A stretch of DNA of 64,000 nucleotides, taken from Macrostomum lignano. Lineage: Eukaryota. A model generated the notes under the pieces. The model did no database searches. It had not been told where the DNA came from and worked only from the letters and a program-made list of their open reading frames with translations. Below are positions 47,341 through 59,515 of the stretch, piece by piece (within the stretch, counting starts at the first letter, position 1; each line of letters begins with the position of its first letter). Location of the stretch: assembly GCA_002269645.1 (NCBI GenBank), contig NIVC01003400.1, forward strand, positions 35,702 through 99,701. The letters are read 5' to 3'. A program made the translations under genes and the position numbers.

Positions 47341-48035
47341 TATTTGAAACTATGCAAAATCGGCAGCCCCTTCAAAGCACCAGTCACAGGAGTTTACGTA
47401 CTAGTGCTTTTTTAATAAACTCGGCTCGTCATCTGTGCCAGCCGGTCATGATTTAATTGAGCTGTCAATCGATACACCCCCGAGTCCCGTCACGTCTCGA
47501 ATCTGTCAGGCCTTCGTCTTGACTAAATCTGGTTTTAGACGAGCCTTATTCTATCCAGAACCAGATAGCAGAGCGCGCTATGAGGCTAAAATACTTCAAT
47601 CGATACAGATAGGGAAGATTCAACATTTACTGTTCGCATCGAAGCTGTCAAAGCTTACTGCGCGCGGTAAAATAATATTTGGTCGTTGATTTTATTTGCT
47701 GACAGATTGCAGCTGGGCCGGTATGAAAGCGCCGCTTAGATAACAGACCCGCTGCCTCATCCAGAGAATGCATCAGCCTGAGAGCATAGCGACTAGACGC
47801 TCTCCCAACTGGCAAGCTGGGAGGATGCTGCCCAATAAAATGAAATGGAAATTTGCTCGTTGGCGAGTCCGCTTGAAACTAAAAAGTGGCACTCCAGCCT
47901 AGGGGCCCAGACAGTTCAAAACCGTCGGATCGACTTTGCCTGTCAAACTTGATGAGGTTCACTGGGGGCGTTTCAATTTTTCTTGAGCGTAGTATAGCAT
48001 TGCCAATATGCTGATTTCTACTCCGTCAAAAATCG

Positions 48036-48390
48036 ATGAGGTGGGGCCATGGGGCTAAGGGTGTGAGGTGGGGAGGTGGGGCATCGGGGGTAAGGAATGT
48101 AGAGACAGAGATAGCAGCTGAGGGTGTGAGGTGGGGAGGTGGGCCATCGGGGGTAAGGAATGGAGAGACAGAGACAGCAGCTGAGGGTGTGAGGTGGGGA
48201 GGTGGGCCATCGGGGGTAAGGAATGTAGAGACAAAGATAGCAGCTGAGGGTGTGAGGTGGGGAGGTGGGCCATCGGGGGTAAGGAATGGAGAGACAGAGA
48301 TAGCAGCTGAGGGAGTAAGGTGGGGAGGTGGGGCATCGGGGGTAAGGAATGGAGAGACAGAGATAGCAGCTGAGGGTGTGAGGAATAGAG
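48036..48390. repeat. 63-bp G-rich minisatellite, about 5.5 copies
   Basis: gtgtgaggtggggagg recurs at 48061, 48124, 48187 and onward. Confidence 0.92.
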
Positions 48391-48919
48391 AGACAGAATG
48401 CGATTCAATAATACTTACAAAACAAGCGTCTGTAATACAAAAATTCATCATATATATTTAGAAACCAGGGGATTAAATTTGCGTCCATACTGATAAGAAC
48501 AGACATACAAGCAATGAGGTTTCGAAAATGAACCATTGGAAAGTAGCAGTTGACGGATGGACTCAACTTCAATTAGACCTCAAGGCCTGAACAGGGAGTT
48601 CTCAGAATAGTGAGTCGGAATAGCGATCCCGACTGATGGATGGATTTTCAACAAATCTCATTCGGCCGAGAAGCTTTTTATTTAATTAACCTGATCTCAA
48701 ATGCGAATCTAAGCTGCTTCAGGTGTCCATTTCAGTCAGTTGATTTCTTGCCGTTTTTCTCCTGGGATCAGAGAAGTCCGCAGCTGATGGATGGGGCGGC
48801 TTGGTGGCACTTTTAGTGCAGATTGACCCAAAAGTGCTTGTTGTTACTCCACTGGGTATTAGTTAGCGGCAAAACAGTGACACACTGAAAGTTTTAAGCG
48901 AAATTACCCTCTGAATTCG

Positions 48920-49370
48920 GGGGTGGGTCAGGAACTGAAGATTCGGAGGTGGTGGGTCAGGAACCGGGGATTCTAAGGTGGGTCAGGAACCGGGGATTCT
49001 AAGGTGGGTCACGAACCGGGGATTTTAAGGTGGGTCAGGAACCGGATATTCTGAGGTGGGTCAGGAACCGGATATTCTGAGGTGGGTCAGGAACCGGATA
49101 TTCTGAGGTGGGTCAGGAACCGGATATTCTGAGGTGGGTCAGGAACCAGATATTCTGAGGTGGGTCAGGAACCAGATATTCTGAGGTGAGTCAGGAACCG
49201 GATATTCTGAGGTGGGTCAGGAACCGGATATTCTGAGGTGGGTCAGGAACCGGATATTCTGAGGTGGGTCAGGAACTGAAGGTTTCGGATGTGGGTCACG
49301 AACTGAAGGTTTCGGATGTGGGTCAGGAACCGGGGACTCGGACGTGGGTCAGGAACCGCAGACTCCGAAG
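48920..49370. repeat. 26-bp minisatellite
   Basis: Unit ggtgggtcaggaaccggatattctga. Confidence 0.92.
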
Positions 49371-51224
49371 CAGATCACGATACAGATATTAAAGACTTTA
49401 TGAGCAAGCTTTCTTCAAGCACCCATTTATGAGGTCAGCAGAAAAAGTGTGAAGTTGGCTAGACAAAAAAATGAATTGCCGAGTTATTAACGATCTTGCT
49501 ATCTCGCTATCAAAAGAGGAGCGGATCGAGACTGAACTGAGGTGTAGGGATAGATAAGCACTTGGGGTGAGCATTTTATAGTCCTACTCAAAGCCTTGAT
49601 CCAGCCAAGCTCTTCCTTGCACCAGCTCCGCACCGAATATTATTGAGCTCGAATAGAAACTTCGAGTCGAGAAGAAAAGCTCGAAAAGTTTGCAAGTTTG
49701 ATCCCACTACGAAGAAAATCCCAGCCTGTGCTTGAGTTTACTCACTAGCTAAGCTAACTTCAATCCCCTTTCTCCTCTCCCCTTTTCTTCCCCACTCGAA
49801 TGCACTTATTAAAGTGTCGCGAAATCGCCAAAAATTAGGTTAAAAGTGAGCGCTCTTTCATGGGCTAGATATGGCCAAGTCTGAGCTGCAGACGAAATAA
49901 TGTCCTTACAGTGCATGGCCTTTGCACTAATCCTCTGTTGCAGATTCCATCTCCATCTCGGGCTGGTGATTGCGTTTCGGCAAAAATAGATGCTGCACAG
50001 ATGGATCTGCGGAGAGAACGCGCCTCCCCATGTCAATTTCGCGCCAAAGCTACCCGGCAGTCTCCTCTGTATTATTCAAGCTCGCGACTTCCCCGGTTCG
50101 AAAAAATTAATGGAAATTTTTCTCCCTGGAATTGGCGCCTGAAAAAAATTTCCATATATTGCGAAAAGAGCCTTGTTGCTCCCGGAAGCGGCTGACACCG
50201 ACACCGGCTGGGGACCTCCGCCTCAGGGGGGGGGGGTCAGGAGCCGAGGCGAGGGGACTCCAGGATTCCAATCGATTTTTTAGGCCAGCTTGTTCAACAG
50301 AATCGAAGCGCAATGTCCAGAGGGAGACCAAGACAGACAGCCAGAAAACCAGGAAGGAGATTGCTTGGGCAGAGGCGCGAGATTTCAACTTAAAGAATTT
50401 CCACTCTTGCTTTCAGAAGAAAAGAAACCGCTATTCTTGTGCGTCACAATTTGCCGCTGTGCTGTAAAATATTTAAAGAGAAGTGCCGCCAACAAAAGAG
50501 AAAAGTGTTTTTCTTTGTTACTTTAAAAGCCAAAAAACACCTTTCGCGGCAGTCATTTCTCAAGCCTATAATTTATTGCCCCGATGCTTGGACTCTGTTT
50601 TAGCTAAAAATCAGAAAAATATTTTTTTCTTTTCATGGATATTTACTAATATTCTGTTCACGCCACTGTCAGTAGAATGGAAAGGATGTTGATGGCGAAA
50701 AAAAACGAATCGATACAAAATTTTACCATTTTGAAACCCATTTAGGTCATCATTCAATCAAAAAAAGGTGAGAGGAAAAATGCTTCTTTCCTGTGTCATG
50801 ACTTTCGAGGCTGAAATGTTTATCCCTTTTCCATAAAAATATAAGTCTCAGTTTTATAGAATCCATTCATTAAGTAGTTTGAGAATTGCAGCTCAGAAAC
50901 AGCAGAATCGAGGTGGACAGAGGGCTCAGGAGGGGGAGGTTGCAATAAAATATTAATAATATTTTAGCGGATATAAAAATTGACGGCCTTGGAGACTCGC
51001 GTGCAACTTCATCTTCGCCAGTTTGAGCACTAATTGAGTAGCTCCGGGATCCGAGGTGGAACGGAGTGCTGGGGAGCTGATGGCGGGGGTAGCACCGGAT
51101 GCAGCTGCTCCCTAGAATTTTTGGTGTTGATGGCTTGGTTCAGGGACACCGCGAGCTAGACATCCGGGCAGGAAGTTGAGCTCTGCAGCAAGGAAAGAGT
51201 GATGGTCCGGATGTATTATTCTCA

Positions 51225-51570
51225 AATCGAACTAGCTAAATGGGATCTATGATCTCCAACTCGAACTAGCTAAATGGGATCTATGATCTCCAACTCGAAC
51301 TCAGTGAGACTTATGATCTCCAACTCGAACTCAGTGAGACTTATGATCCCCAAATCGAACTCAGTGAGACTTATGATCCCCAAATCGAACTCAGTGAGAC
51401 TTATGATCCCCAAATCGAACTCAGTGAGACTTATGATCCCCAAATCGAACTCAGTGAGACTTATGATCCCCAAATCGAACTCAGTGAGACTTATGATCCC
51501 CAAATCGAACTCAGTGAGACTTATGATCCCCAAATCGAACTCAGTGAGACTTATGATCCCCAACTAGAAC
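51225..51570. repeat. 30-bp minisatellite
   Basis: Unit ttatgatccccaaatcgaactcagtgagac, about 11 copies. Confidence 0.94.
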
Positions 51571-51593
51571 TTGATGAGACCTATGTCCTTTGA

Positions 51594-51757
51594 GTGCCAG
51601 CATTATATTCCAAATATTCCATTTTACAGCTGGGTTGAACTGAAGCAATGCAGAGTTGAGTGTCTTGCTCAAGGACACAAATTGTTCCAGTGGGATCTGG
51701 AATCGAACCCCCAACCTTCAAGTCATAAGTCCGACACTTTAACCGCAAAGCTACAAC
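51594..51757 (-). mobile_element. tRNA-derived CORE-like SINE, partial copy (head + CORE)
   Basis: Minus strand gttgtagc..ggttcgattcc..tgtgtccttgagcaagacactcaactctgcattgcttcagttcaacccagctgtaaaatgg; homologous to 52142-52615. Confidence 0.8.
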
Positions 51758-52141
51758 TTCAAGCCTCCAATTAAGAGCGCTCCAGACTCTCTCTCCAGTG
51801 CTCCCTGGCCGCTTTTCACTTCGTCCATTTCCGTCTCCAGGGAGGATGCTTCAGAGCAGGCATAAAAATATTATAAAAATCCAACTGATCCGGCCGTTCG
51901 TCATCCAAATCCACCTCCCTACGGTTAGGCATCCCAATGGGATCGTTCTCCCTTCCAGGCCGAGCCTTAGGAACTATAGGGACATTATTGTTGGGGCACT
52001 GGCTGTATGAAGAAATTGAAGAAATTCAATTTTTGCCAGGTGCGGGCCGGCTACTCATCAATCCTCAAGCCATGAAACGCACTAGCAAAGTACAATACTA
52101 CTCGAATTTATGATTATAATGCGAATGTATAATAATAATAA

Positions 52142-52615
52142 GGGGTTGTAGCCTAGTGGTCAGAGCGTCGCACTCACGACTGAAAGGTCAGGGGTTCGAT
52201 TCCCGATCCCACTGGAACAATTTGTATCCTTGAGCAAGACACTTAACTCTGCATTGCTTCAGTTCACCCAGCTGTAAAATGGGTGCCAGCATTAGCTGGG
52301 GTAATTGAGGGTGTGTGGCGACCCCCCAGTCCTTGGACTGAACAGCCGTACGCAGCCTTCAGATGCGCCGCGCAATAGCTGCGGCTGAGCTGTCGGTTGC
52401 ACATCTGGCCATTCGGACAGGTGTAATAAATTGCAACAGAGTTTGGTCACTCTGGTGCGCCCCACAACCAGCACTGAGGCGATTCTGCTCATTCTGCTGG
52501 CTCCTGAGCACATGCAAGCGCGCCAATGCTGTATGCAGACACGCACTCATGCACACGCTCACACAGGGTGTACAGCGATCCCGACTTTCTAATCGTGGTG
52601 TCGCGAGAGTCAGAC
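52142..52615 (+). mobile_element. tRNA-derived CORE-like SINE, full-length-looking copy
   Basis: A box tagcctagtgg, B box ggttcgattcc, CORE-like tgtatccttgagcaagacacttaactc...cagttcacccagctgtaaaatggg, ~300-bp body shared with the 60.8-61.25 kb copy. Confidence 0.85.
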
Positions 52616-52662
52616 ATGTTCAAGGCTGCTACTTGACCATATACTCAAGCGAAACAGCCAGC

Positions 52663-53037
<375 letters not shown>

Positions 53038-53757
53038 GCAGAGTGCATCAGTCAGACGAAAGTAATAGTTAAAAAGTACATCAGGGTTTTTTAGTAAGCG
53101 CGGGCAGACCCGGAGTCTCCTAAAGAGAAATAGGAGACGAAATGGCCGGTGGCCGAGCAGTTTTATGGCCCCCCACTGAGAAAGAAAATGTCCGGCCGAG
53201 TCTGATCGATAAAGGGAAGAGTTGGGATGGAATTACTAGCTGGCAAGATATTCCTAAGCTGCATTATAAGCTGGGAAATGAATCACTTTGGCTGGCCGCC
53301 ATAGGCTCGGATATGGAGTACTAAAACTGGCAATCTGGAGTGGAAATTTGCTGACTTTTCATCCGGTTTTTATGCGAAAAAACCTTCGGCGCGGACAACA
53401 ACGAGAAAGTTAGAAAGTCAAATGCAGTCTTGGCGCGCTTGTTATGTGCTTGTATTTAAAACCAAAGATTTCTGTTTGGCTTACGGTTTAACGGGGTTTT
53501 TACCAGAGACGAGACTCATATAAAGAAAAAATGCGACCAGAAAAGATGGCTGAGAGATACAGGACCAGCTTCTGTTCCAGATTCTGTTGGAAAAGGATTG
53601 AGACTGGATCTCCAGATACCGGAACTAGAACTCCATGGTTCCAAGTGAGCAGTTAAAAGTCTCAATTTCCTCACTGGGGAATTGTCTCCGGACGGGAGCA
53701 GCAGTGAGAACCGTTAAGTCACAAAGTAGAACTTCAACTCATTCGAACATCTGAAGA

Positions 53758-55179
53758 ATGGCGGATGAACAAGGTAAGAAGGTATTCAGAACCTGTGCGT
53801 GGATGAAATCATTGATTTATTTTAAACATTGCCAAACAACAACCAATCAAACATAACTTATTTATGACTTTTTTACTGGATGAATGAAGGTGATGCTGCG
53901 ATCTGGGACTCTAATTACAAATTACAAAATTACCAACTAATTCAGTGTTACATATTGAATTATTAACACATTGCTTACTCTGGGTTCCTCTTAACGTCTT
54001 TTTATTACCCTATCAGAAAATACATAATTTCTGATTTAAAAGAAATTTACATGTTTGCATTGCTCTGGTTGTTAATTTTTTTAAGCTGAAGCTGCTGAAC
54101 CAGAAGTGACTGAGCTTGAAGCGACTGAGCTTGAAGCGACTGAGCCTGAAGCGACTAAGGCTGAAGCGACTGAGCCTGAAGCTGCTGAGCCTGAAGCTGC
54201 CGAACCTGAAGCGACTGAACCTGAGGCAGCTGAGCCTGAATCGACTGAGCCTGAATCGACTGAGCCTGAAGCGACTGAGCCTGAAGCGACTGAGCCTGAA
54301 GCGACTGAGCCTGAAGCGACTGAGCCTGAAGCGACTGAGCCTGAGGCAGCTGAGCCTGAATCGACTGAGCCTGAATCGACTGAGCCTGAAGCGACTGAGC
54401 CTGAAGCGACTGAGCCTGAAGCGACTGAGCCTGAAGCGACTGAGCCTGAAGCGACTGAGCCTGAAGCGACTGAGCTTGAAGCGACTGAGCCTGAAGCGAC
54501 TAAGGCTGAAGCGACTGAGCCTGAAGCTGCTGAGCCTGAAGCTGCCGAACCTGAATCGACTGAGCCTGAAGCGACTGAGCCTGAAGCGACTGAGCCTGAA
54601 GCGACTGAGCCTGAAGCGACTGAGCCTGAGGCAGCTGAGCCTGAATCGACTGAGCCTGAATCGACTGAGCCTGAAGCGACTGAGCCTGAAGCGACTGAGC
54701 CTGAAGCGACTGAGCCTGAAGCGACTGAGCCTGAAGCGACTGAGCCTGAAGCGACTGAGCCTGAAGCGACTGAGCCTGAAGCGACTGAGCCTGAAGCGAC
54801 TGAGCCTGAAGCGACTGAGCCTGAAGCGACTGAGCCTGAAGCGACTGAGCCTGAAGAGACTGAGCCTGAAGAGACTGAGCCTGAAGCGACTGAGCCTGAA
54901 GAGACTGAGCCTGAAGCGACTGAGCCTGAAGCGACTGAGCCTGAAGAGACTGAGCCTGAAGCGACTGAGCCTGAAGCTGCTGAGCCTGAAGCGACTGAGC
55001 CTGAAGCGACTGAGCCTGAAGAGACTGAGCCTGAAGCGACTGAGCCTGAAGAGACTGAACCTGAAGCGATTGAGCCTGAAGCGACTGAGCCTGAAGCTGC
55101 TGAGCCTGAAGCGACTGAGCCTGAAGCGACTGAGCCTGAAGCGACCGAGGCCGAGGCTGCTGAACCTGAAGCAGCTTAA
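53758..55179 (+). CDS. 369-aa acidic low-complexity (EATEP)n protein. Exons 53758-53773, 54086-55179
   Basis: ATG GCG GAT GAA CAA G|gtaaga ... tttttttaag|CT GAA GCT gives MADEQAEAAEPEVTELEATE... In-frame TGA lies 6 nt upstream of the ATG. Repeat variants are enriched for synonymous third-position changes in this frame. aataaa signals near 55585-55606. Confidence 0.68.
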
Positions 55180-55874
55180 ACAGCAGTGTCTCACATCCGT
55201 GAATTTTGATTCTGACTATCTTATTAATCCTAGAGCGATGATGTTTCTGCTTCTGCTTATTGTTGAAATCTGCTTGACGGTCTCGCGTCATTCGCGCTTC
55301 AATTTCAACTCTATCGCCTTATTAATCCGCAGTCTCCCTGCTAAAAAAGACAGCCTAATTCTCTATCTGTTTAACCTGAATTCCCCGCTTCGCTTGCCAC
55401 AAAGTTTTCTTGCACCACTTTGACAGCTTGCCAGACTGATTATTGCTTCGCTTTTTCACAATTTGGTTTTTTGATCTTTGGTGTTTTGGCCCTGTCGCAG
55501 TAGCTTACTGTGAGTAGTCTCGTTGGAATATTTGCAAATATTGTTGATACAAAGACAAGAAACTTATCTTGCTTTCTATAGTAAAATAAATTAAATTCAT
55601 AATAAAATTTTACCGCAATGCTTTCTGCTTAGCAATGAAAAGCTGTCTCGCGCCTTCTTCGTGAATTTCTTCGAGTTGTAGAAATTTCTGCTGGACAGTA
55701 AAAGGAAAAAAGTTATTTGCATTTTTATTGCGCCATCCTTTATATACTATATATCATATATCATACTGTTTACGCTCGTAACAACTATGCAGAAAATTTC
55801 GAAACTAATGGGGGGGCAGGAAGCGTCGAGGATATATTGACTTAGCTGCAGGGGGCATCGTCCGGCGCAGTCGA

Positions 55875-56246
55875 GAATGTCAGGAAGCATAAAAATGTCA
55901 GGAAGCATTAGCAATGTCAGGACAAAGAAACATGTCAGAAAGCATTAAATGTCAGGAAGCTTAAAAAATGTCAGGAAGCGTCAAAAATGTCAGAAAGCGT
56001 TGGGAATGTCAGGAAGCGTTTGGAATGTCAGGAAGCGTTGGGAATGTCAGGAAGCGTTTGGAATGTCAGGAAGCGTTTGGAATGTCAGGAAGCGTTTGGA
56101 ATGTCAGGAAGCGTCGAGAATGTCAGGAAGCGTCGAGAATGTCAGGAAGCGTCGAGAATGTCAGGAAGCGTCGAGAATGTCAGGAAGCGTCGAGAATGTC
56201 AGGAAGCGTCGAGAATGTCAGGAAGCGTCGAGAATGTCAGGAAGCG
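55875..56246. repeat. 19-20-bp minisatellite
   Basis: Unit gaatgtcaggaagcgtcga. Confidence 0.94.
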
Positions 56247-56297
56247 GCTCATAATGGATTAAATTAATTAGCTATTATATCATCCCAGAACAGCCGT

Positions 56298-56370
56298 CAG
56301 TGGCAGATCCAGGAGTTTTCCCGGGGGGGTCAGCCGACCCCCTTGACCCCTCCCCCTGGATCGGCCCATG
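56298..56370. mobile_element. Tiny hAT-like MITE remnant (73 bp)
   Basis: cagtggcagatccagg ... cctggatcggcccatg (13/16 inverted match). Flanks acagccgt/ctcgccgt match only partly. Confidence 0.4.
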
Positions 56371-57151
56371 CTCGCCGTTTCAAAAAGCCGTAGGAACACG
56401 CGGCTGCTGGGTGAGTAAGGCGGCGCACAGACGGCTTGAATTTGCTTAGTAAAAACCCGATCTGCGGCGCGTGACAAAGCGAGTCAGGGCAGAAATTCCC
56501 AGTGGAATTTTGGCAGTTTTTCTATTGTCAACTTTGGCCTTTACACTCGTATTCTGCTGCTCAAACTGATTGAATAGCCGCAAACAAGGAGTTCTAAGTC
56601 TAATTATTTGGCAACGTATTCAAAGCTGTTCGCGCACAAGCACGCAGGTCTCATTCTACTCGGTTTCTACTGAATAGTATTGTCTGTCGTTTATTTCGTC
56701 CAAAATCTTTGCTCAATTAGCTTTGGACATTGCTGAAAAATCCGAGCCTGAAAGAGTATTAAATTGAGTACTCAGTCGAGTACAGTGCAGTTGTATGAGT
56801 CATACCTAGCAGCAGAGCTATAGTTGCGGGTATACTGTAGATATTGTAGGTCAGCTGAAGACACACACACACACACACACACACCTGCCTGCCTATGTGC
56901 CTGAAAGTCGCATTCGCGTCTCTTCCAGCGCTTATCGATGCCCGAACGAGCGACTGATAAGAAAAGGGGCGATTGGAACAGCTAGCATGGAGCAGCTTGG
57001 GGCTGGGCACTACTCAGGGGGGGGGGTTCTTATCTCACTAAGGCCCAACCTCAACAACAAATCGAGTTAGGAAATCAAAGAAAAGCCAGCAGAGCGAAGC
57101 GTCAAGAGGCAAAAATTCGAGTCAACCGCTCTAAGCCAGACTGCTGCAGTT

Positions 57152-58243
57152 ATGTCCTTCTTCCGGGCGCCCAGCGAGTCCAAAGGCTTCGAACTAGATG
57201 ACGGAGCCGGGAGTCTGGACGCGCAGCCGCGCAGGACGGCGCCAAGCGTGACCGGCGCCAGCTCAGCGGCCGGTGGCAGCGTCGCCGCCCGCTCGCACAT
57301 CACCAAGGCCAGCCGCTACACTCAGCAGACATTCACGAATACCGCTAGCGAGTTGCCCGACCGTCGGCCGGCTCTGGTGCGCGAGGCCGAAGCGTTCCTG
57401 ATGTACCTGTACAACCCTGAGTCGGGAACCATTCTCGACCGCACACTGCCGCAATTCTTCGCTTTGATGCTATCCTACTTCATATTTTACTCCCTCATCA
57501 TTATTCTGCTGATCATCAGCTACGTGATCTTCTCATTCTTAGTTATCAATGAGGACACGCCGCACCTCACTGGAGAGCAGAACGTCCTGCGCCTCTCGCC
57601 AGCTCTGGCCATGCGACCGGTGCCTGACTTCATGGGCACGCTGATTCGCTTCAGGCAGACCCGGCCGGAGAGTTACCTGATCTACACCACCCACCTGCAG
57701 GCCTATCTGGATCAGTACGAGCTGTTTTACAACACCGAGCGCGATGTGAACATCGTGGATTGCAATATTGAGACGCAGGAGCGCGGCAGCCCCGACCCGA
57801 ACGATCCGTGCCGTTTCGAGCTCAGCTGGCTGGACCCGTGCAGCAAGCAGGGCTTCTTCGGCTATCCGCGCGGCTCGCCCTGCGTCCTGCTGAAGCTGAA
57901 CCGAGTGTTCGGCTGGGTGCCCGACATCATCAGCAACAGCACCTCGTACAATATGCTTGTGCGCTGCAACGGGAGAACGGACACGGACAGGGAGAACATG
58001 GGCCAAATTAAGTACTACCCTTCGGAGACGATCAAAGGTGTGGAGTACGGCATCATGAGCCCTCTGTTTTATCCCTACCTGACGCAGGTTGGTTACAGAA
58101 GTCCACTCGTGGCGGCTCGATTCGTTAGTCCGAAGCGAAACGTGGTCATCATGGTGGAGTGCCGGGTGTACAATGTTCGCAACGTGCGAACAACAAACGA
58201 TTTGCGATCTGATCGATTGGCGTTCGAGCTGATGATTGACTAA
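57152..58243 (+). CDS. ATP1B: Na+/K+-ATPase beta subunit (nervana-like), 363 aa, intronless
   Basis: YLYNPESGTILDRT, single TM, SPALAMRP, CRF...C..GYPRGSPCVLLKLNRVFGWVP, YYP..FYPY..Q.GYRSPLVA, IMVECR. Confidence 0.93.
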   Translation: MSFFRAPSESKGFELDDGAGSLDAQPRRTAPSVTGASSAAGGSVAARSHITKASRYTQQTFTNTASELPDRRPALVREAEAFLMYLYNPESGTILDRTLPQFFALMLSYFIFYSLIIILLIISYVIFSFLVINEDTPHLTGEQNVLRLSPALAMRPVPDFMGTLIRFRQTRPESYLIYTTHLQAYLDQYELFYNTERDVNIVDCNIETQERGSPDPNDPCRFELSWLDPCSKQGFFGYPRGSPCVLLKLNRVFGWVPDIISNSTSYNMLVRCNGRTDTDRENMGQIKYYPSETIKGVEYGIMSPLFYPYLTQVGYRSPLVAARFVSPKRNVVIMVECRVYNVRNVRTTNDLRSDRLAFELMID

Positions 58244-58454
58244 ACTTGACTAAGCATAAATTTGCATTAACCGCAACTAGCCTTATGAATCACTGTAGAC
58301 TGCTCATTAGCTTGGCTTATTGACTTCTAATTATATACATATATGAGACGTGTATACTACTTTCGAATAAACGTCAATGCAGCAAATGCATTGTGCGAAA
58401 AGGTGCCTGTGTGTAGTAATTTTATATAATTATTAAAAAATAACAAATTACTGC

Positions 58455-58762
58455 CAAGCTGCAGCGCCCGTCCATCATCCTGCGCCGGCGGCGACTTCAA
58501 CTGGCGGGCCACGTGATCCGGGCCGAGGGCTACCTGCCCCCAGCCTTTTCAGGACGTCCTGCTGCTCACCTTGCAGGGTCCGTTCAGACGGGGTCAGGCC
58601 CAGACCCGTCGATATGTGGACTCCCACGCGACGCCGGGGCGCCCGACACTGCGAACGGGGCGGACTTCATCCGCTCTCAGGCTCTGCGGCGCGCCATCTG
58701 ACGCGCCCTGCTCTGTGACTTTGCTTGCGGGGCTGCGTATTTTGTTGTTGTTGTTGTTGTTA
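58455..58762 (+). mobile_element. RTE-clade LINE 3' fragment with (TTG)n tail
   Basis: LRRRRLQLAGHVIRAE, then frameshifted LLLTLQGPFRRGQAQTRRYVD, ending in tttgttgttgttgttgttgtt. Confidence 0.75.
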
Positions 58763-59515
58763 AATTACGAACAACAAGGTCAAAACTCGTTTAGCTGAAA
58801 AAAAAATATGCACAGTCAAGCTACAAATTGTATCTCCACTGAACGATTGGATGGACTTTAAAGTACATTTTCAGCCCCTTTACTTCGAGCTTATTTAGCA
58901 TCGAAACTTTGTAAAGGTCATTTTCCTACTATAAATCCATACGAAGTTGTAGAGGCCTGAAGCAGTGGCAGTATATGTGGGCCATGGCCTTCTACTCGCC
59001 TCTTAAGTCATCACTTAATTATTGAGGGGTTAACCAGAGCCAACACTATCTTATTTTTTGAATTATGATGTGACAGCTAGCAACCAGGGGTCTGAGCCCC
59101 CTCCCTCTGTTATGATGGCTTTACTGGGTGAGTCTGCAGTCCTAAAGTCCAAGCAGGCAGCTTAACATTCAAGTTGCTGCTGTTATACTCGAAAGAAGCG
59201 GTTGAGCAGCTCAATAGCTGAGAGACAGTTTATGGAACAAAAGAAAAATAGGTGAGGGCCTGACGGGCCGCCCCAGGAGACCCACCCAGCGCCTGATGGA
59301 GAGCTGGGGTAGACACCGAGTAAACAAATTCTGCAGGGTGGGTCAGTCAGACCAGCGCCTATTTAAGTCGCAGACTGAATGGGCCTTGGCCCTTCTTTGC
59401 AAGCATCGCTGTAGAGCGAAGCGTATCTGTTAATTTAGCAAACTTCTGTTGAAAAATACACTGCTGAGATTAGCATACTCCCCCTTAGCAACTATCCACC
59501 TGAGCCCATAGAGCA

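Noticed and set aside
52142-52215. tRNA gene candidate (also heads at ~51690-51757 and ~61185-61251)
   Set aside because: A and B boxes are present but acceptor and anticodon stems do not pair properly, and the sequence continues into a shared SINE body.
54013-55423. Alternative readings of the 15-bp array (RLSLK, RFRLS, QAQSL)
   Set aside because: They lack a matching splice/start context, and the third-position variant pattern fits the EATEP frame better.
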